In this document: positions 1 through 10,221 of the stretch, piece after piece | How the letters are laid out: each line of letters begins with the position of its first letter | How positions within the stretch are numbered: the first letter of the stretch is position 1 | Assembly: GCA_963707985.1 (NCBI GenBank) | Contig: CAVPRW010000041.1 | Span: forward strand, 1-64,000 | Direction: 5' to 3' | Source of the DNA: an uncultured Nitrospinota bacterium | Lineage (GTDB): Bacteria; Tectomicrobia; Entotheonellia; J063; CAVPRW01 | DNA: 64,000 bases | The notes under the pieces: generated by a model | Database searches by the model: none | What the model was told of the DNA's origin: nothing | Seen by the model: the letters and a program-made list of their open reading frames with translations, nothing else | Made by a program: the position numbers and the translations under genes

Positions 1-194
1 GCCTCCCTCCTCGGCTCTCACGTCTGTGGGCGTCTCGTGCTTTCCGCTTGACACGACGCAGTGTGTGGAGTACTGACATGCCATCTAACCTTAGTCAGCT
101 CGACTCGGAAGACTGGCGCGAGGGTGGTGCGGGCTTATTTGGCGACCTGCGACAAAGCATCAGCGTTGCGACAGATTCAGTCGAGGAGATCATC

Positions 195-2165
195 ATGCCT
201 GCTTCACAAGAACACATTCAGACAGGTACCCCGATGGGGGCGGAACTTGTTAGAAACGGCGCGACGTTTCGCGTGTGGGCACCGGGCGCAAACGCTGTGT
301 ATGTGATTTTTAACGATCAGGATGCACAGGCGCACCTAGACGATGCTCACCTACTCGTCAGAGATCAACAAGGCTACTGGGCCGGCTTCTTCCCCGGGGT
401 CACAGATGGTACGCCATATCGGTTCTGGGTGGTGGGGAGCGGCAGCAAAGGATTCAAGCGCGACCCCTATGCGCGCGAGTTGGCGATGCATGGCTACCCA
501 AACTGCAATGGCCTCGTGCGAGACCCGCAGGCCTATCCATGGCATGATCAGGGATTTCGTCCCCCGGCATTCAACGATCTCATCATCTATCAGTACCACC
601 TCGGCGTCTTTTACGCCACGGATGCTCAAGGTCGGGATATCAGGCCCGGACGCGTCTCGAAATTCCTCGATGCCGTGGATCGCATCAAGTATCTGGCGGA
701 CCTCGGTATCAACGCGATCATGCCACTGCCATTCGTCGAGTTCCAGGGTGAGAACAGTAAGGGTTACAATGGCACCGACCTGTTTTCTCCGGAAATGGAT
801 TACGCGGTCGACACGGCCGGTCTTGACCCCTATCTGCGGAAGGTCAATCGGTTATTGGCTGAGAAGAACTGCCCGCCTTTGACGAAGGCGCACCTGGCCG
901 GCCAAGTCAATCAGCTCAAGACGCTGATCGACCTCGCGCACTTGTACGGTATAGCCGTGATTACCGACGTGGTCTACAACCATGCTGGCGGTAATTTTGA
1001 CGACCAGAGCATACACTTCTTCGACCGCCCGGCCAGTACGGATAATAAAGACAGCATCTACTTCCTCCCGGATGGGCATGCGGGCGGACTCATATTTGCG
1101 TTTTGGAAACGTGAGGTGAGGCAGTTCTTGATCGATAACGCCAAAATGCTTCTCGACGAGTATCACGTCGATGGCATTCGCTATGACCAAGTCACTGTGA
1201 TGGACGAGCATGGCGGCTGGTTTTTCTGTCAAGACCTCACGAGCACGTTGAAGTTCATAAAACCCAGTGCTGTGCACATCGCCGAATATTGGGGTAATGA
1301 GCGCTGGCGCGGCATCGTCAATCCGCCCGACGGCATGGGCTTCGACGCCGGTTACAATGATGGGCTACGCGACCAAATTCGCCGCGTGATTGCACAGGTG
1401 GCGGGCGGGAGAGACACCAGGGTCACCCTGGAAGAGCTACGTCATGCCTTGTATGCGCCCGACGGGTTTCCTGCCGTGTGGAAGTCCTTCCAATGTATCG
1501 AGAATCATGACTTAATCGACGATTCTCACACGGGCAATGATAAGCAGCCGCGGATCGTCAGGTTGGCCGATTCGACCAATACGCGTTCTTGGTATGCACG
1601 CAGCCGTGCTCGCGTAGCGACCGGATTACTGATGACAGCCCCTGGCATGCCAATGATCTTTATGGGCCAAGAGTTTCTGGAAGACAAGTATTGGTCGGAT
1701 GATCCGCATGCCACGAACTTGATGATCTGGTGGAAAGGGCTCGAGGGCGGAGACAAAGCGATGTCCGACCATCACCGATTCACCCGGGACCTCATCTGGC
1801 TGCGCCGGAAACAGCCAGCTCTGCGGGGCGAGGGCATCAATGTGTTCCATGTGCACAATGACAATCGCGTCATCGCGTTCCATCGATGGCTTCCCGGCAT
1901 CGGACGGGATGTCGTGGTAGTCACCAGCCTCAATGAGGGCACCTTCTATGGCCATAGTTACCAGATTGGCTTTCCCATCGGTGGTCACTGGAACGAGGTG
2001 TTTAACAGCGACATTTACGACAATTTTCTCAACCCCGTGTCTCAGGGCAACCTTGGCGGCGTGACCGCCGACGGTCCGGCCATGCATGGCCTGCCACATT
2101 CCGCCGGAGTGACCCTGCCGGCGAACAGCATCGTGGTCTTCGCGCGTGATTGGGGGGACGGATAG
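195..2165 (+). CDS. GH13 alpha-amylase-family enzyme with N-terminal CBM48-like domain (glycogen branching enzyme / malto-oligosyltrehalose hydrolase-like)
   Basis: GATFRVWAPGA start; GH13 regions DVVYNH, GIRYDQ, IAEYW, ENHD; GAGGAG RBS before ATG at 195. Confidence 0.85.
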   Translation: MPASQEHIQTGTPMGAELVRNGATFRVWAPGANAVYVIFNDQDAQAHLDDAHLLVRDQQGYWAGFFPGVTDGTPYRFWVVGSGSKGFKRDPYARELAMHGYPNCNGLVRDPQAYPWHDQGFRPPAFNDLIIYQYHLGVFYATDAQGRDIRPGRVSKFLDAVDRIKYLADLGINAIMPLPFVEFQGENSKGYNGTDLFSPEMDYAVDTAGLDPYLRKVNRLLAEKNCPPLTKAHLAGQVNQLKTLIDLAHLYGIAVITDVVYNHAGGNFDDQSIHFFDRPASTDNKDSIYFLPDGHAGGLIFAFWKREVRQFLIDNAKMLLDEYHVDGIRYDQVTVMDEHGGWFFCQDLTSTLKFIKPSAVHIAEYWGNERWRGIVNPPDGMGFDAGYNDGLRDQIRRVIAQVAGGRDTRVTLEELRHALYAPDGFPAVWKSFQCIENHDLIDDSHTGNDKQPRIVRLADSTNTRSWYARSRARVATGLLMTAPGMPMIFMGQEFLEDKYWSDDPHATNLMIWWKGLEGGDKAMSDHHRFTRDLIWLRRKQPALRGEGINVFHVHNDNRVIAFHRWLPGIGRDVVVVTSLNEGTFYGHSYQIGFPIGGHWNEVFNSDIYDNFLNPVSQGNLGGVTADGPAMHGLPHSAGVTLPANSIVVFARDWGDG

Positions 2166-2284
2166 TTCCACCCACCGCGTCGGCTGTAGCCCCTTGGTGC
2201 TGGTGGCTCTCCTGCCAGCGGCGCGTTCAGGGGGAGGCCACAGGTTACTCTTGCGGGTTATAGTCGAGGGATCAGGAGGGAACG

Positions 2285-2884
2285 ATGGCCGATGTCACGC
2301 TCCATGCAAAGACCACAGCATTGTTGCTCCAGGACTTGCAGAACGAGCTCATCAAGGGGAGCCGGCCGGTCGTGCCGCTGAGCGGCGCGGAGCTCATCAC
2401 CAACTGCCAGAAACTCCTGGCCAAGGCGCGTGCCGTCGGAATGCCGGTGATCTATGTGCGGGTGTCACGCCGCCCGGATCTGAAGGATGCGCCCCGTCCC
2501 CCCTTGGGCACACCGCCCGGCAGTAGCGGGGGCCCCAGCCTCATTGAAGGCACTGAGGGAGCCGCGATTGTTGCGGAGCTGGCACCCCGCCCGGAGGACG
2601 TCGTCATCACCAAGCACACTACCAGCCCCTTCCACACCACCGATCTCGGCGTCTACCTCCGGCGGTTCGGCGTGACGACGCTGATCCTGACGGGGTACTC
2701 GACTACTGGTGTCGTCGAGGGGACGCTGCGGGACGCCCGCGACCAGGATTATGATTGCGTGGTGGTGCGGGAGGGCTGTGCCGCTGCCACGGCGCAAGAG
2801 CATGACACCTGTATGGACCTCGTGTTCCCCCGCATGGCGTGGGTGGCCAGTGTCGACGATGTCATTAACGCCATCCGTGAGTGA
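2285..2884 (+). CDS. Isochorismatase / cysteine hydrolase family protein
   Basis: TALLLQDLQN, VITKHTTSPF, LILTGYSTTGVVEGTLRDA motifs; AGGAGG RBS. Confidence 0.85.
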   Translation: MADVTLHAKTTALLLQDLQNELIKGSRPVVPLSGAELITNCQKLLAKARAVGMPVIYVRVSRRPDLKDAPRPPLGTPPGSSGGPSLIEGTEGAAIVAELAPRPEDVVITKHTTSPFHTTDLGVYLRRFGVTTLILTGYSTTGVVEGTLRDARDQDYDCVVVREGCAAATAQEHDTCMDLVFPRMAWVASVDDVINAIRE

Positions 2885-3104
2885 GCGCTCCAGTGAAGTC
2901 GCTCGATCGACTGCAACCGGCGAGTACAGGATGCTCTTCACGCCTACCATCGCGTAGGGCCGCTCTCACTCATGCAGGGTTGCTATGCCCTGACGCGGGG
3001 GCCGTAGCCTTGAGACACGAGTGGTCTAAGCTCGCCGCTCCATCGCCCTCATACGTGTAAGGGTCAACAATCCCTGTCAACACAAAGATGGCAAGCCGTA
3101 TGGC

Positions 3105-4304
3105 CTACGAATGGGCGATCCCATGCACCAGATACTGCTTCAATCGGCGCAGGCCTTCCTGAATATTTTCCAGGGAATTGGCGTAGGAGAAGCGTAGGTA
3201 GCCTTCGCCGTTGAGTCCGAAGTCGATACCTGGAGCGACAGCGACTTTGGCGCGTTCAAGGATGTCAAAGGCGAGTGTGTAGGAGTCGCGACCGAAACGC
3301 GTGGCATCGGCGAAGACGTAAAACGCGCCTGTGGGATCATACGGCACGCTGAAGCCAATGTCGCGGAGCCCGGCCAGTATCACTAGGCGACGCTGATTGT
3401 ACATCTCGACCATGCGCTGGACGTCTGGCCAGGACTGCTGTAGGGCCGCAATCCCAGCGTGTTGCACGAAGTCGCCAGCAGAGATGAAGAGATTCTGCTG
3501 GATCTTTTGCATCGGTCGCACCAAGCTCAGTGGGGCGATGACGTAGCCCAATCGCCACCCAGTCATGGCGAAAAGCTTGGAGAAGCCATTCAACACCAAG
3601 GCCTGGTCCGTACATTCCAGAATCGAATGGGCTCGTCCGTCATAGACCAATCCGTGATAGACCTCGTCTGAGATCACCAGCGGGCCCAGCCCAGCGATGC
3701 AGGCCATCTCATCAAACGGTAATAGCGTGCCGGTGGGATTGGCGGGAGAATTAATGAGGATGGCTTTGGTGCGGCTTGTCAGATGGGGGCGTACCTTCAC
3801 GGCGGTATACTGAAATGCTTCGGTTTCATCGACGGGCACGTCGACGCAGACGCCATCGCACAGTTGGATGAAATTGGCGTAGCACGCATACCGTGGGTCT
3901 GACAAGATCACCTCATCGCCGGGATCCAGAAGCGCTGCCAGCGCCAGCAAGATCGCCGGGGACGAGCCAGAAGTGACGATGATCTGCTCGGGTGACACGC
4001 TGACGCCATACTGGGCAGAGTACCAGGCGGCGATCGCCTCGCGCAGCTCCGGAAGCCCTAGGCTGTGCGTATAGTGCGTTTCACCATCGCGCATGGCGCG
4101 GACGGCTGCGTCGACGATTGCCGGCGGCGTGTTGAAATCGGGTTCCCCTACCTCCAGATGGATGACCTTTACCCCGGTTTCGCGCTCGATGGCCTGGGCA
4201 CGCTCCAACACGTCCATGGCCAGGAAAGGGCGAATCTCCTGGGCTTTGCGGGAGATCGTGGTGTGGTGTAAAGAACGTTGCACCTGCGTTTCGTATGACG
4301 GCAC
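3105..4304 (-). CDS. PLP-dependent aminotransferase class I/II (aspartate aminotransferase-like)
   Basis: GEPDF, NSPANPTG, SDEVY, SKLFAMTGWRLG; GTG at 4304 follows a GAGGAGG RBS. Confidence 0.9.
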   Translation of the reverse strand: MPSYETQVQRSLHHTTISRKAQEIRPFLAMDVLERAQAIERETGVKVIHLEVGEPDFNTPPAIVDAAVRAMRDGETHYTHSLGLPELREAIAAWYSAQYGVSVSPEQIIVTSGSSPAILLALAALLDPGDEVILSDPRYACYANFIQLCDGVCVDVPVDETEAFQYTAVKVRPHLTSRTKAILINSPANPTGTLLPFDEMACIAGLGPLVISDEVYHGLVYDGRAHSILECTDQALVLNGFSKLFAMTGWRLGYVIAPLSLVRPMQKIQQNLFISAGDFVQHAGIAALQQSWPDVQRMVEMYNQRRLVILAGLRDIGFSVPYDPTGAFYVFADATRFGRDSYTLAFDILERAKVAVAPGIDFGLNGEGYLRFSYANSLENIQEGLRRLKQYLVHGIAHS

Positions 4305-4594
4305 AGAACCTCCTCGGCGTGATGGCCTCTCCCGTATTTCTCTTGAATCGAATTCCACCTCATTGACCAGGAGAAGGCCAGTGTGAGATCGATAAATATC
4401 AATTATATTATCCCCCAAACGACCACACCTGTCCAGATGGCTCCGAGAGCTTTTCCAGCGGAGGTTCGTCCCCGTCGAGACTTGACCCCTCTCGCTCGAT
4501 AACGGTACAATGAATGCTCTTGAGGAGACATTCTTCCGGCAGAAGGCTGGTACTGATGGTCAATTACGGCCAAAGCCACCTACCCAGGAGATGG

Positions 4595-4957
4595 ATGATG
4601 ACGGTATTATCGACGACACTGGCGGGTCTCTCCTTCCCGTCATGCTTGATGAATGCTTCCGGCGCATGGTCAGGAACGCATGAGGAGCTGCGGGAGTTAG
4701 CGGCCTTGGCAACGGGCGCGGTCGTCATCAAGACCACGACAACTCAGGCACGTGTCGAAGAGGTGCAGGGGTGTGGCATCGAGAATCCGGGGCAACCCTA
4801 TTATCTGGCTGTCCTCGCTGAGCTGAGGGCCGCAGGGAAACCGGTGATCGGCAGCGTGGCCGGGTATACCACAGCAGAGTATGTCGTGCCAGCGCAAGCC
4901 TATGCGCTAGCGGGGGTACAGATCGTCGAGCGCACGACGCACGAGACCGGTGCATGA
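4595..4957 (+). pseudogene. Truncated dihydroorotate dehydrogenase-like gene (N-terminal ~120 aa only)
   Basis: LSTTLAGLSFPSCLMNASG, GAVVIKT, KPVIGSVAG match the PyrD family 1 N-terminus; stops before the NxSCPN catalytic motif. Confidence 0.7.
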
Positions 4958-5433
4958 TGCACCGGCCGCGGAGGGTGCTGATACTCACTGTCGTCTGTCT
5001 GGCGTTTTGTGGTCTGGAATCGTTGCATGGAGCTGATCTGTCCCGCACGCGTGTGGAAGTTCTGCGCCCTGACACGGGGGTGATATTGTTAACAGTCGAC
5101 GCCGAACTGGCAACCACGCCTGAGACCCGCACCCATGGTCTTATGGAACGGGCCTCACTGCCTGTGGACCACGGTATGCTGTTCATCTTCGAGGTGGCCC
5201 AACCTCTCAGCTTCTGGATGTTCAATACGCTGATTCCCCTGGATATCATCTTTGTCAATGTCGAGCGGCGTATCACCTCCATTTCTGCCTCTGTGCCTCC
5301 CTGCCGACCACCGTCGCGCTGTCCCACGTATCGCTCAAATGGTCCCGCCCAATTCGTGCTAGAGGTAAACGCTGGGACGGTCGCGAAGTCGGGGATCGAG
5401 ATCGGCGATGAGCTGCGCTGGACAGTCCCCTGA
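4954..5433 (+). CDS. DUF192 family exported protein
   Basis: Signal-peptide-like N-terminus; GLMER, GMLFIF, FWMFNTLIPLDIIF, VLEVNAG. Confidence 0.9.
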   Translation: MMHRPRRVLILTVVCLAFCGLESLHGADLSRTRVEVLRPDTGVILLTVDAELATTPETRTHGLMERASLPVDHGMLFIFEVAQPLSFWMFNTLIPLDIIFVNVERRITSISASVPPCRPPSRCPTYRSNGPAQFVLEVNAGTVAKSGIEIGDELRWTVP

Positions 5434-5585
5434 GCCCCGGTACACCTGTCGTCGGTTGCTTCCAAGAGCTGTCTCTATATTTTGGCACAAAGAGCCCCGC
5501 CCCGCAGCTGATTGCGTGACAATATGCTATAGTAGGGGCATGGGGTAGCTAAGGGGCTTTTCCACAATGGTGCAGGGGGTGATGC

Positions 5586-5795
5586 ATGTTTGGCATCGGT
5601 CTACCTGAACTTGTTGTCGTGCTGGTCCTCGCGCTTCTGGTGTTCGGGGCAGGGAAGCTGCCTGAGATTGGTCGGGGCCTTGGGAAAGCCGTCAAGGAGT
5701 TTAAAGCCGTCGGTAAAGAATTGACAGGCGGGAGAAGTTCAGCGCTTGAAGAGACGCCAGCAGTAAAATCCGAAGAGAGGCATAAGAGGTCTTGA
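5586..5795 (+). CDS. tatA: Twin-arginine translocase subunit TatA/E
   Basis: [40 protein letters not shown]. Confidence 0.93.
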   Translation: MFGIGLPELVVVLVLALLVFGAGKLPEIGRGLGKAVKEFKAVGKELTGGRSSALEETPAVKSEERHKRS

Positions 5796-5847
5796 GGGCT
5801 CGCGTGTGGCCCCTTCTCCACGGTCGATCGCTGGGGGGTGATGTGCG

Positions 5848-7560
5848 ATGGAGAATATGCGTTTCGAGGAATTGCAAGGCATTGCCCGGCAATTGGGTCT
5901 GGATTTCTTCGATGTGATCTTCGAGGTCGTACCGCAGGATATCATGTCCGAGGTTGCGGCCTATGGCCTGCCCACTCGGGCCCGGCACTGGTCGTACGGC
6001 AAAGTGTATAATCGGCAGCGCGTGCATGGCCAGATGGGACTGTCGAAGATCTATGAGATTGTGCTGAATAACGACCCGGGCTACGCGTTTCTCCTCGATA
6101 CGAATCCGGAGATCGCCAATCTGCTCGTCGTCGCTCACGTCTACGCCCACGTCGATTTTTTTAAGCATAACATCTACTTCGCCGACACCAACCGCAACAT
6201 GGTGAACACCGCGGTCGAACATGCCCTCCGCATTGATGAATACATCGATCGCTATGGACTCGATCGTGTCGAGCGCCTGATGGATATCGGCTTCGCCATC
6301 GATCGCCACATCGATTTTCATAAGGGACTAGTGCGCAAGCCCTATCCCGCCCGGGCTGTGGTCGAGCGCGAGGTCAAGAGAGGCGAGTATGCGGATCTCT
6401 TCGGCGAAGAACAATTTACGCTAAAAAAGGTGGTGGTTGGCGACATTGTGCCTCCGCATCCGGAGAAGGACATCCTCTGGTTCTTGGCGCAGTATGCCCC
6501 CATTGAGCCTTGGGAGCGTGATGTTCTGGAGATCATCCGGGCCGAGTCGTACTACTTTTATCCACAGTTTGAAACCAAGATTCTCAATGAAGGCTGGGCG
6601 ACCTATTGGCATGCAGAAATTCTCAACCAATATATGAAGTTAACTCCTAGTGAGACGATCGATTTCGGGGTGTTGCATGCGGGCGTGGTGAATCCCGGGC
6701 ATCGAATGAGCATTAATCCATACTACCTGGGATATCGCCTGCTGGTCGATGTCGAGCGCCGCTGGGATAAGCTATATGCGGCGGGCAAAGCCTCCCTCAC
6801 CGGGCGCCAGAAGCTCTTCGAAATCCGCCGGCAGGAGAATGATATCTCATTCCTCGCCAACTATCTCACCCAAGAGCTTGCCGATGAGTTGGAATTATTC
6901 GCTTACGGCTATGCGTGCGAGCATGGCGAGCACGACCGTAAAAAGTGCCGCAAGTGCGGCGAGATCGAGATTAAAAGCCGTAACCTCGAAGAGGTGCTGC
7001 AAAGCCTCTTCGTTGCCCGCTTCAACTATGGTGCGCCGAAAATCCTCATCAGCAAGGTACTGGATGACGGCACCCTGTTGCTCGAGCATGAACAGGGGGA
7101 TCGCGGCACGCTGGATGTCAAGTATGCCGAGAAAACGCTGGAATACCTGCATGAGCTCTGGAAAAAACCCATCCGCCTGCGGACTGTTAATAGCCAGGGG
7201 GAAGCGGTCGTTCTCAAGTACACCTTGACCGGTTTTGAGATGGGCGAGCATCTGGCGCTGCTCAGTCCAGCCGATGAAGTGCGACTCAACACGCCGCCGA
7301 CGTTTGAGTGGACCTCAGGCGGCAATGACTCCTTCAGCGTTAACCTGTCGTTGGACCCGAACTTCAGCTATCGCAACTACTCGACCTACTATGATGGTGG
7401 GATTATCATCCGGAAGAACAGTTGGACGATGCCAGAGAATCTGTGGAATTTGGCCCCAAAAGGGAAGCCGATTTACTGGAAAATTCGTGGGGTGCGGAGT
7501 GCTGACCGGCCCCAGACCGTGGTCGAGAGCCGGGACGTGCGTCATTTCATTCGCCTGTAG
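5848..7560 (+). CDS. spoVR: SpoVR family protein with Cys/His insert and C-terminal extension
   Basis: YGLPTRARHWSYGK, KIYEIVLN, AHVYAHVDFFK, TKILNEGWATYWH, NPYYLG. Confidence 0.9.
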   Translation: MENMRFEELQGIARQLGLDFFDVIFEVVPQDIMSEVAAYGLPTRARHWSYGKVYNRQRVHGQMGLSKIYEIVLNNDPGYAFLLDTNPEIANLLVVAHVYAHVDFFKHNIYFADTNRNMVNTAVEHALRIDEYIDRYGLDRVERLMDIGFAIDRHIDFHKGLVRKPYPARAVVEREVKRGEYADLFGEEQFTLKKVVVGDIVPPHPEKDILWFLAQYAPIEPWERDVLEIIRAESYYFYPQFETKILNEGWATYWHAEILNQYMKLTPSETIDFGVLHAGVVNPGHRMSINPYYLGYRLLVDVERRWDKLYAAGKASLTGRQKLFEIRRQENDISFLANYLTQELADELELFAYGYACEHGEHDRKKCRKCGEIEIKSRNLEEVLQSLFVARFNYGAPKILISKVLDDGTLLLEHEQGDRGTLDVKYAEKTLEYLHELWKKPIRLRTVNSQGEAVVLKYTLTGFEMGEHLALLSPADEVRLNTPPTFEWTSGGNDSFSVNLSLDPNFSYRNYSTYYDGGIIIRKNSWTMPENLWNLAPKGKPIYWKIRGVRSADRPQTVVESRDVRHFIRL

Positions 7561-7589
7561 GTCGGATCGGTGGAGAGACGTCTGAGCTC

Positions 7590-7883
7590 CTACGGTTGTA
7601 GGGACTTTTGCCGTTCGATCCTGACATAGTCCATCAAGCGGCTCAGGCTCTCGTAGAAATCTTCAAGGTCCTTCAGGTCAAGGACAACTTCTCGCTCCCG
7701 ATGTGCCCCTCGGAAGCGTAATTGGAAACGTGCCGACGCCTCGCTGACGTCAGCTGTGTGAGCGGTGGGAACCGCCAAGGCGAATTCATATCCTGGCCGT
7801 TTGATGACATAGACGATTTCATACCCATGAGCATCATGAGCGCGCTCGAAATCGGTGTCGCGATGCTCGGTACATGGAGTCAT
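7590..7883 (-). CDS. Hypothetical protein
   Basis: Protein-like ~97 aa ORF with GGAGG RBS; no family recognised. Confidence 0.55.
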   Translation of the reverse strand: MTPCTEHRDTDFERAHDAHGYEIVYVIKRPGYEFALAVPTAHTADVSEASARFQLRFRGAHREREVVLDLKDLEDFYESLSRLMDYVRIERQKSLQP

Positions 7884-8330
7884 TGTGAGCCTCCACAATT
7901 CTTGCCTCGGGGGCTTGCCCGTCGGCCGAGGTCGGGAACGATGCGATCACTGCTGGTGTTGGTCGCGTTATCGTCCGACTCAGCGCCAACTTTACTCAGT
8001 GTGATGAGTGGAGGTCCGTGGTGTTGACAGTGTTGGTGGTATGCCATGGGCTCCCTCGCAGATAAACTGCAGTGTAGACCGACACCGTTGCCTGCCCTCT
8101 GTCCCGTGACCGATGTATCGCTGTTGACACAGCGTCTTGACGGGCGCTAAAACTTGAGCCAACTGGAGGGACCTTCCCCTCATGATTGCTGTGCTACCCT
8201 GTTGCGACCATAGGGTCCGACACATCGCGAGTGATGTAGCACATCCCCCTTATGGCCATACACTGGTTACCTACGATATCAGTATTGGGAAGTGGGGCAA
8301 TGTCGATCCCACTGCAGAGGGAGAACCCCG

Positions 8331-8771
8331 ATGACCGTGGCGGAGAAGCTCGATCGTATTCACGCCAGCATTCAAGTCAAGCTTGCCCAGCAAGGGATGC
8401 CCACTGACCGTGAAACGCTTGAAGAAGTGTGCACCGCGATCGCCTGCCTGGTGCGCGACCCTGATAGTATAGAGCTGCATAGCAGTCCGATGTCGGCGAC
8501 AGACTACTCGGTCGTAGCAGACTGCCTGACGCTGGCGGCTCGGGACTATGCTGAGGAGATTGCTGCATTACGAGCGCTCGTGTCCACCTTGGAGGTGGAC
8601 ATGCAAGATGAGGTGCGGGCCTGGGTGGCAGCTGACCTGGTCAGTCCAACGGCGGCTCCCCATGTCATCCGTGAGATGATTCTTAGCCGCTTTGTATCCC
8701 TCGATCGTGAGCTCGAAGGGTACCAAGACGCAGGGGGCACTTCTGATCCCTCTGACCAAAGAGTTGACTAG
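8331..8771 (+). CDS. Hypothetical protein (helical, acidic)
   Basis: ORF with GGGAGA RBS-like sequence; no family recognised. Confidence 0.55.
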   Translation: MTVAEKLDRIHASIQVKLAQQGMPTDRETLEEVCTAIACLVRDPDSIELHSSPMSATDYSVVADCLTLAARDYAEEIAALRALVSTLEVDMQDEVRAWVAADLVSPTAAPHVIREMILSRFVSLDRELEGYQDAGGTSDPSDQRVD

Positions 8772-8841
8772 GCAGATCAAGGCGTTTCCGCTATTCCGGC
8801 TCGAGCATTCTTGGCCCAAGTTTGGTCGGCAGAATTCTCAT

Positions 8842-8901
8842 GCCCCTGTAGCTCAGCACGGACGGAGCAACGGCCTCCCGATCCCATTTGAGGGGAGTTC
8901 G
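8842..8901 (+). pseudogene. Degenerate tRNA (tRNA-Arg-like 5' half)
   Basis: GCCCCTG-TA-GCTC-AGCACGGACG-GAGC-A-ACGGC-CTCCCGA gives acceptor 5' strand, intact D-stem and anticodon 5' strand; the 3' half does not pair, GTTCG at 8897. Confidence 0.55.
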
Positions 8902-9221
8902 CAAATCGTTGATCGACAGGCATCTTCTCCTTCTTAAATCACGAAACCCTTGCTGGGTGAATGCCTTCCAATGCCCGCGATTCCCTATGTTGTCCCACTA
9001 AAGTCCCAGCAATTTTCCCGACAGTTGTCGTGCCCCACGGAACACCATGATGGATGAACATGGCCAGAGGCGGCCATGCGTCCAGTTCGGCTGGTAGCAA
9101 GGTCGATTGCGAGTTGGCGCCCGCGAGCCTGTACGACAGTTGGTCCAGGAGTCCCTGTAGGCACCATGGATGGTCGCCAGCTTCCTGCATGAAGTCGAGC
9201 ACGCCATGTCGCCTCTCGACC

Positions 9222-9490
9222 TGTGAGTATCGCGCCAGCCTCTTCACACGCGGAGGGGCCCCACGGACGTGATCTTCACCCATGGCGCGGGGATGGATGT
9301 GCCGCTTTCCAGGCATGCAGTGACGCTATTTCCCCCTCATCACGACGTGCGGTCGCACAATCTTGCCTGGAGTCCTGATGGTGCATGCAGCGTTGGGCTA
9401 AAGCCAACAGGCCGCGCCACCGCGGAAGCTCTACGATTCAATCGCCCGGCTATGATCCTACTTCGCCGCCATTGGAGAGCGACCGGGGTA
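9222..9490 (+). pseudogene. Degraded HNH endonuclease gene
   Basis: CEYR then, in another frame, VTLFPP..LAWSPDG..VGLKPTGRATAEALRFNRPAMILLRRHW, resembling the C-terminus of small HNH nucleases; the HNH core is missing. Confidence 0.55.
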
Positions 9491-9959
9491 CAGTTCGGCC
9501 GAGTAACCGAGAGCATTCAGGGAAGCGGCATGCGTCTCGTCTGGCATCGGGGTGTGCACCCAAATGGCATGCATGTCCTCCTGCTGTAAAAAGGACGCTG
9601 AGCGTCGAACACAGCCTCATGATGTCGATTGCCACCTCCAGGTCGTATCCCCCTGGTTCACCGAAAACCTGTGCAGTCGATCCGACACTCTATTTCGCCA
9701 GCCGCGCTGAGTAGGCAGCCTGGTATCCTCTATCCCTGCTATTGCCAAGCGTTTGAATGGCCCAGCATGGAAGCCACCTTAGCCACTTCTCCTTCTTGCC
9801 GGCGAGAACCTTACACCCTGAGGACTCAGTCACCCTGCAGTTTGCCAGCACTGCATCGGCAGTGGACGTTGGTTGAGATCGTGGTATAGTGCAAAGATAG
9901 CAAATGGACTAAAGAAGTTTGCCTGAAAGGTTGTGAGAACGAGTTGTGAGGATGATCTG

Positions 9960-10220
9960 ATGGAAGTGACGATCCAAGTACCTGAAGATATAGCCGACCG
10001 CTGGCAGGCCCAGGGGGATATCCCTCGTGATGTGCTGGAAGGGGCCGCCCTTGAAGCCTACCGCAAGCGGATCATTGGGGAGTCACGCCTACAGCAGTGG
10101 CTAGGCTTTGAAACACGCTTTGACGTGCATCGTTTCCTGAAGGAACACGGCGTTCCTATGAACTACAACCTTGAAGACCTCGAACACGACCGCCAAACCC
10201 ATGACCGGCTTGGCGTCTAA
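9960..10220 (+). CDS. UPF0175 family protein (putative antitoxin)
   Basis: MEVTIQVPE, ALEAYR, LGFETRFDVHRFLKEHGVPMNYNLEDLEHD; 1 bp from a PIN-family gene. Confidence 0.8.
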   Translation: MEVTIQVPEDIADRWQAQGDIPRDVLEGAALEAYRKRIIGESRLQQWLGFETRFDVHRFLKEHGVPMNYNLEDLEHDRQTHDRLGV

Positions 10221-10221
10221 C

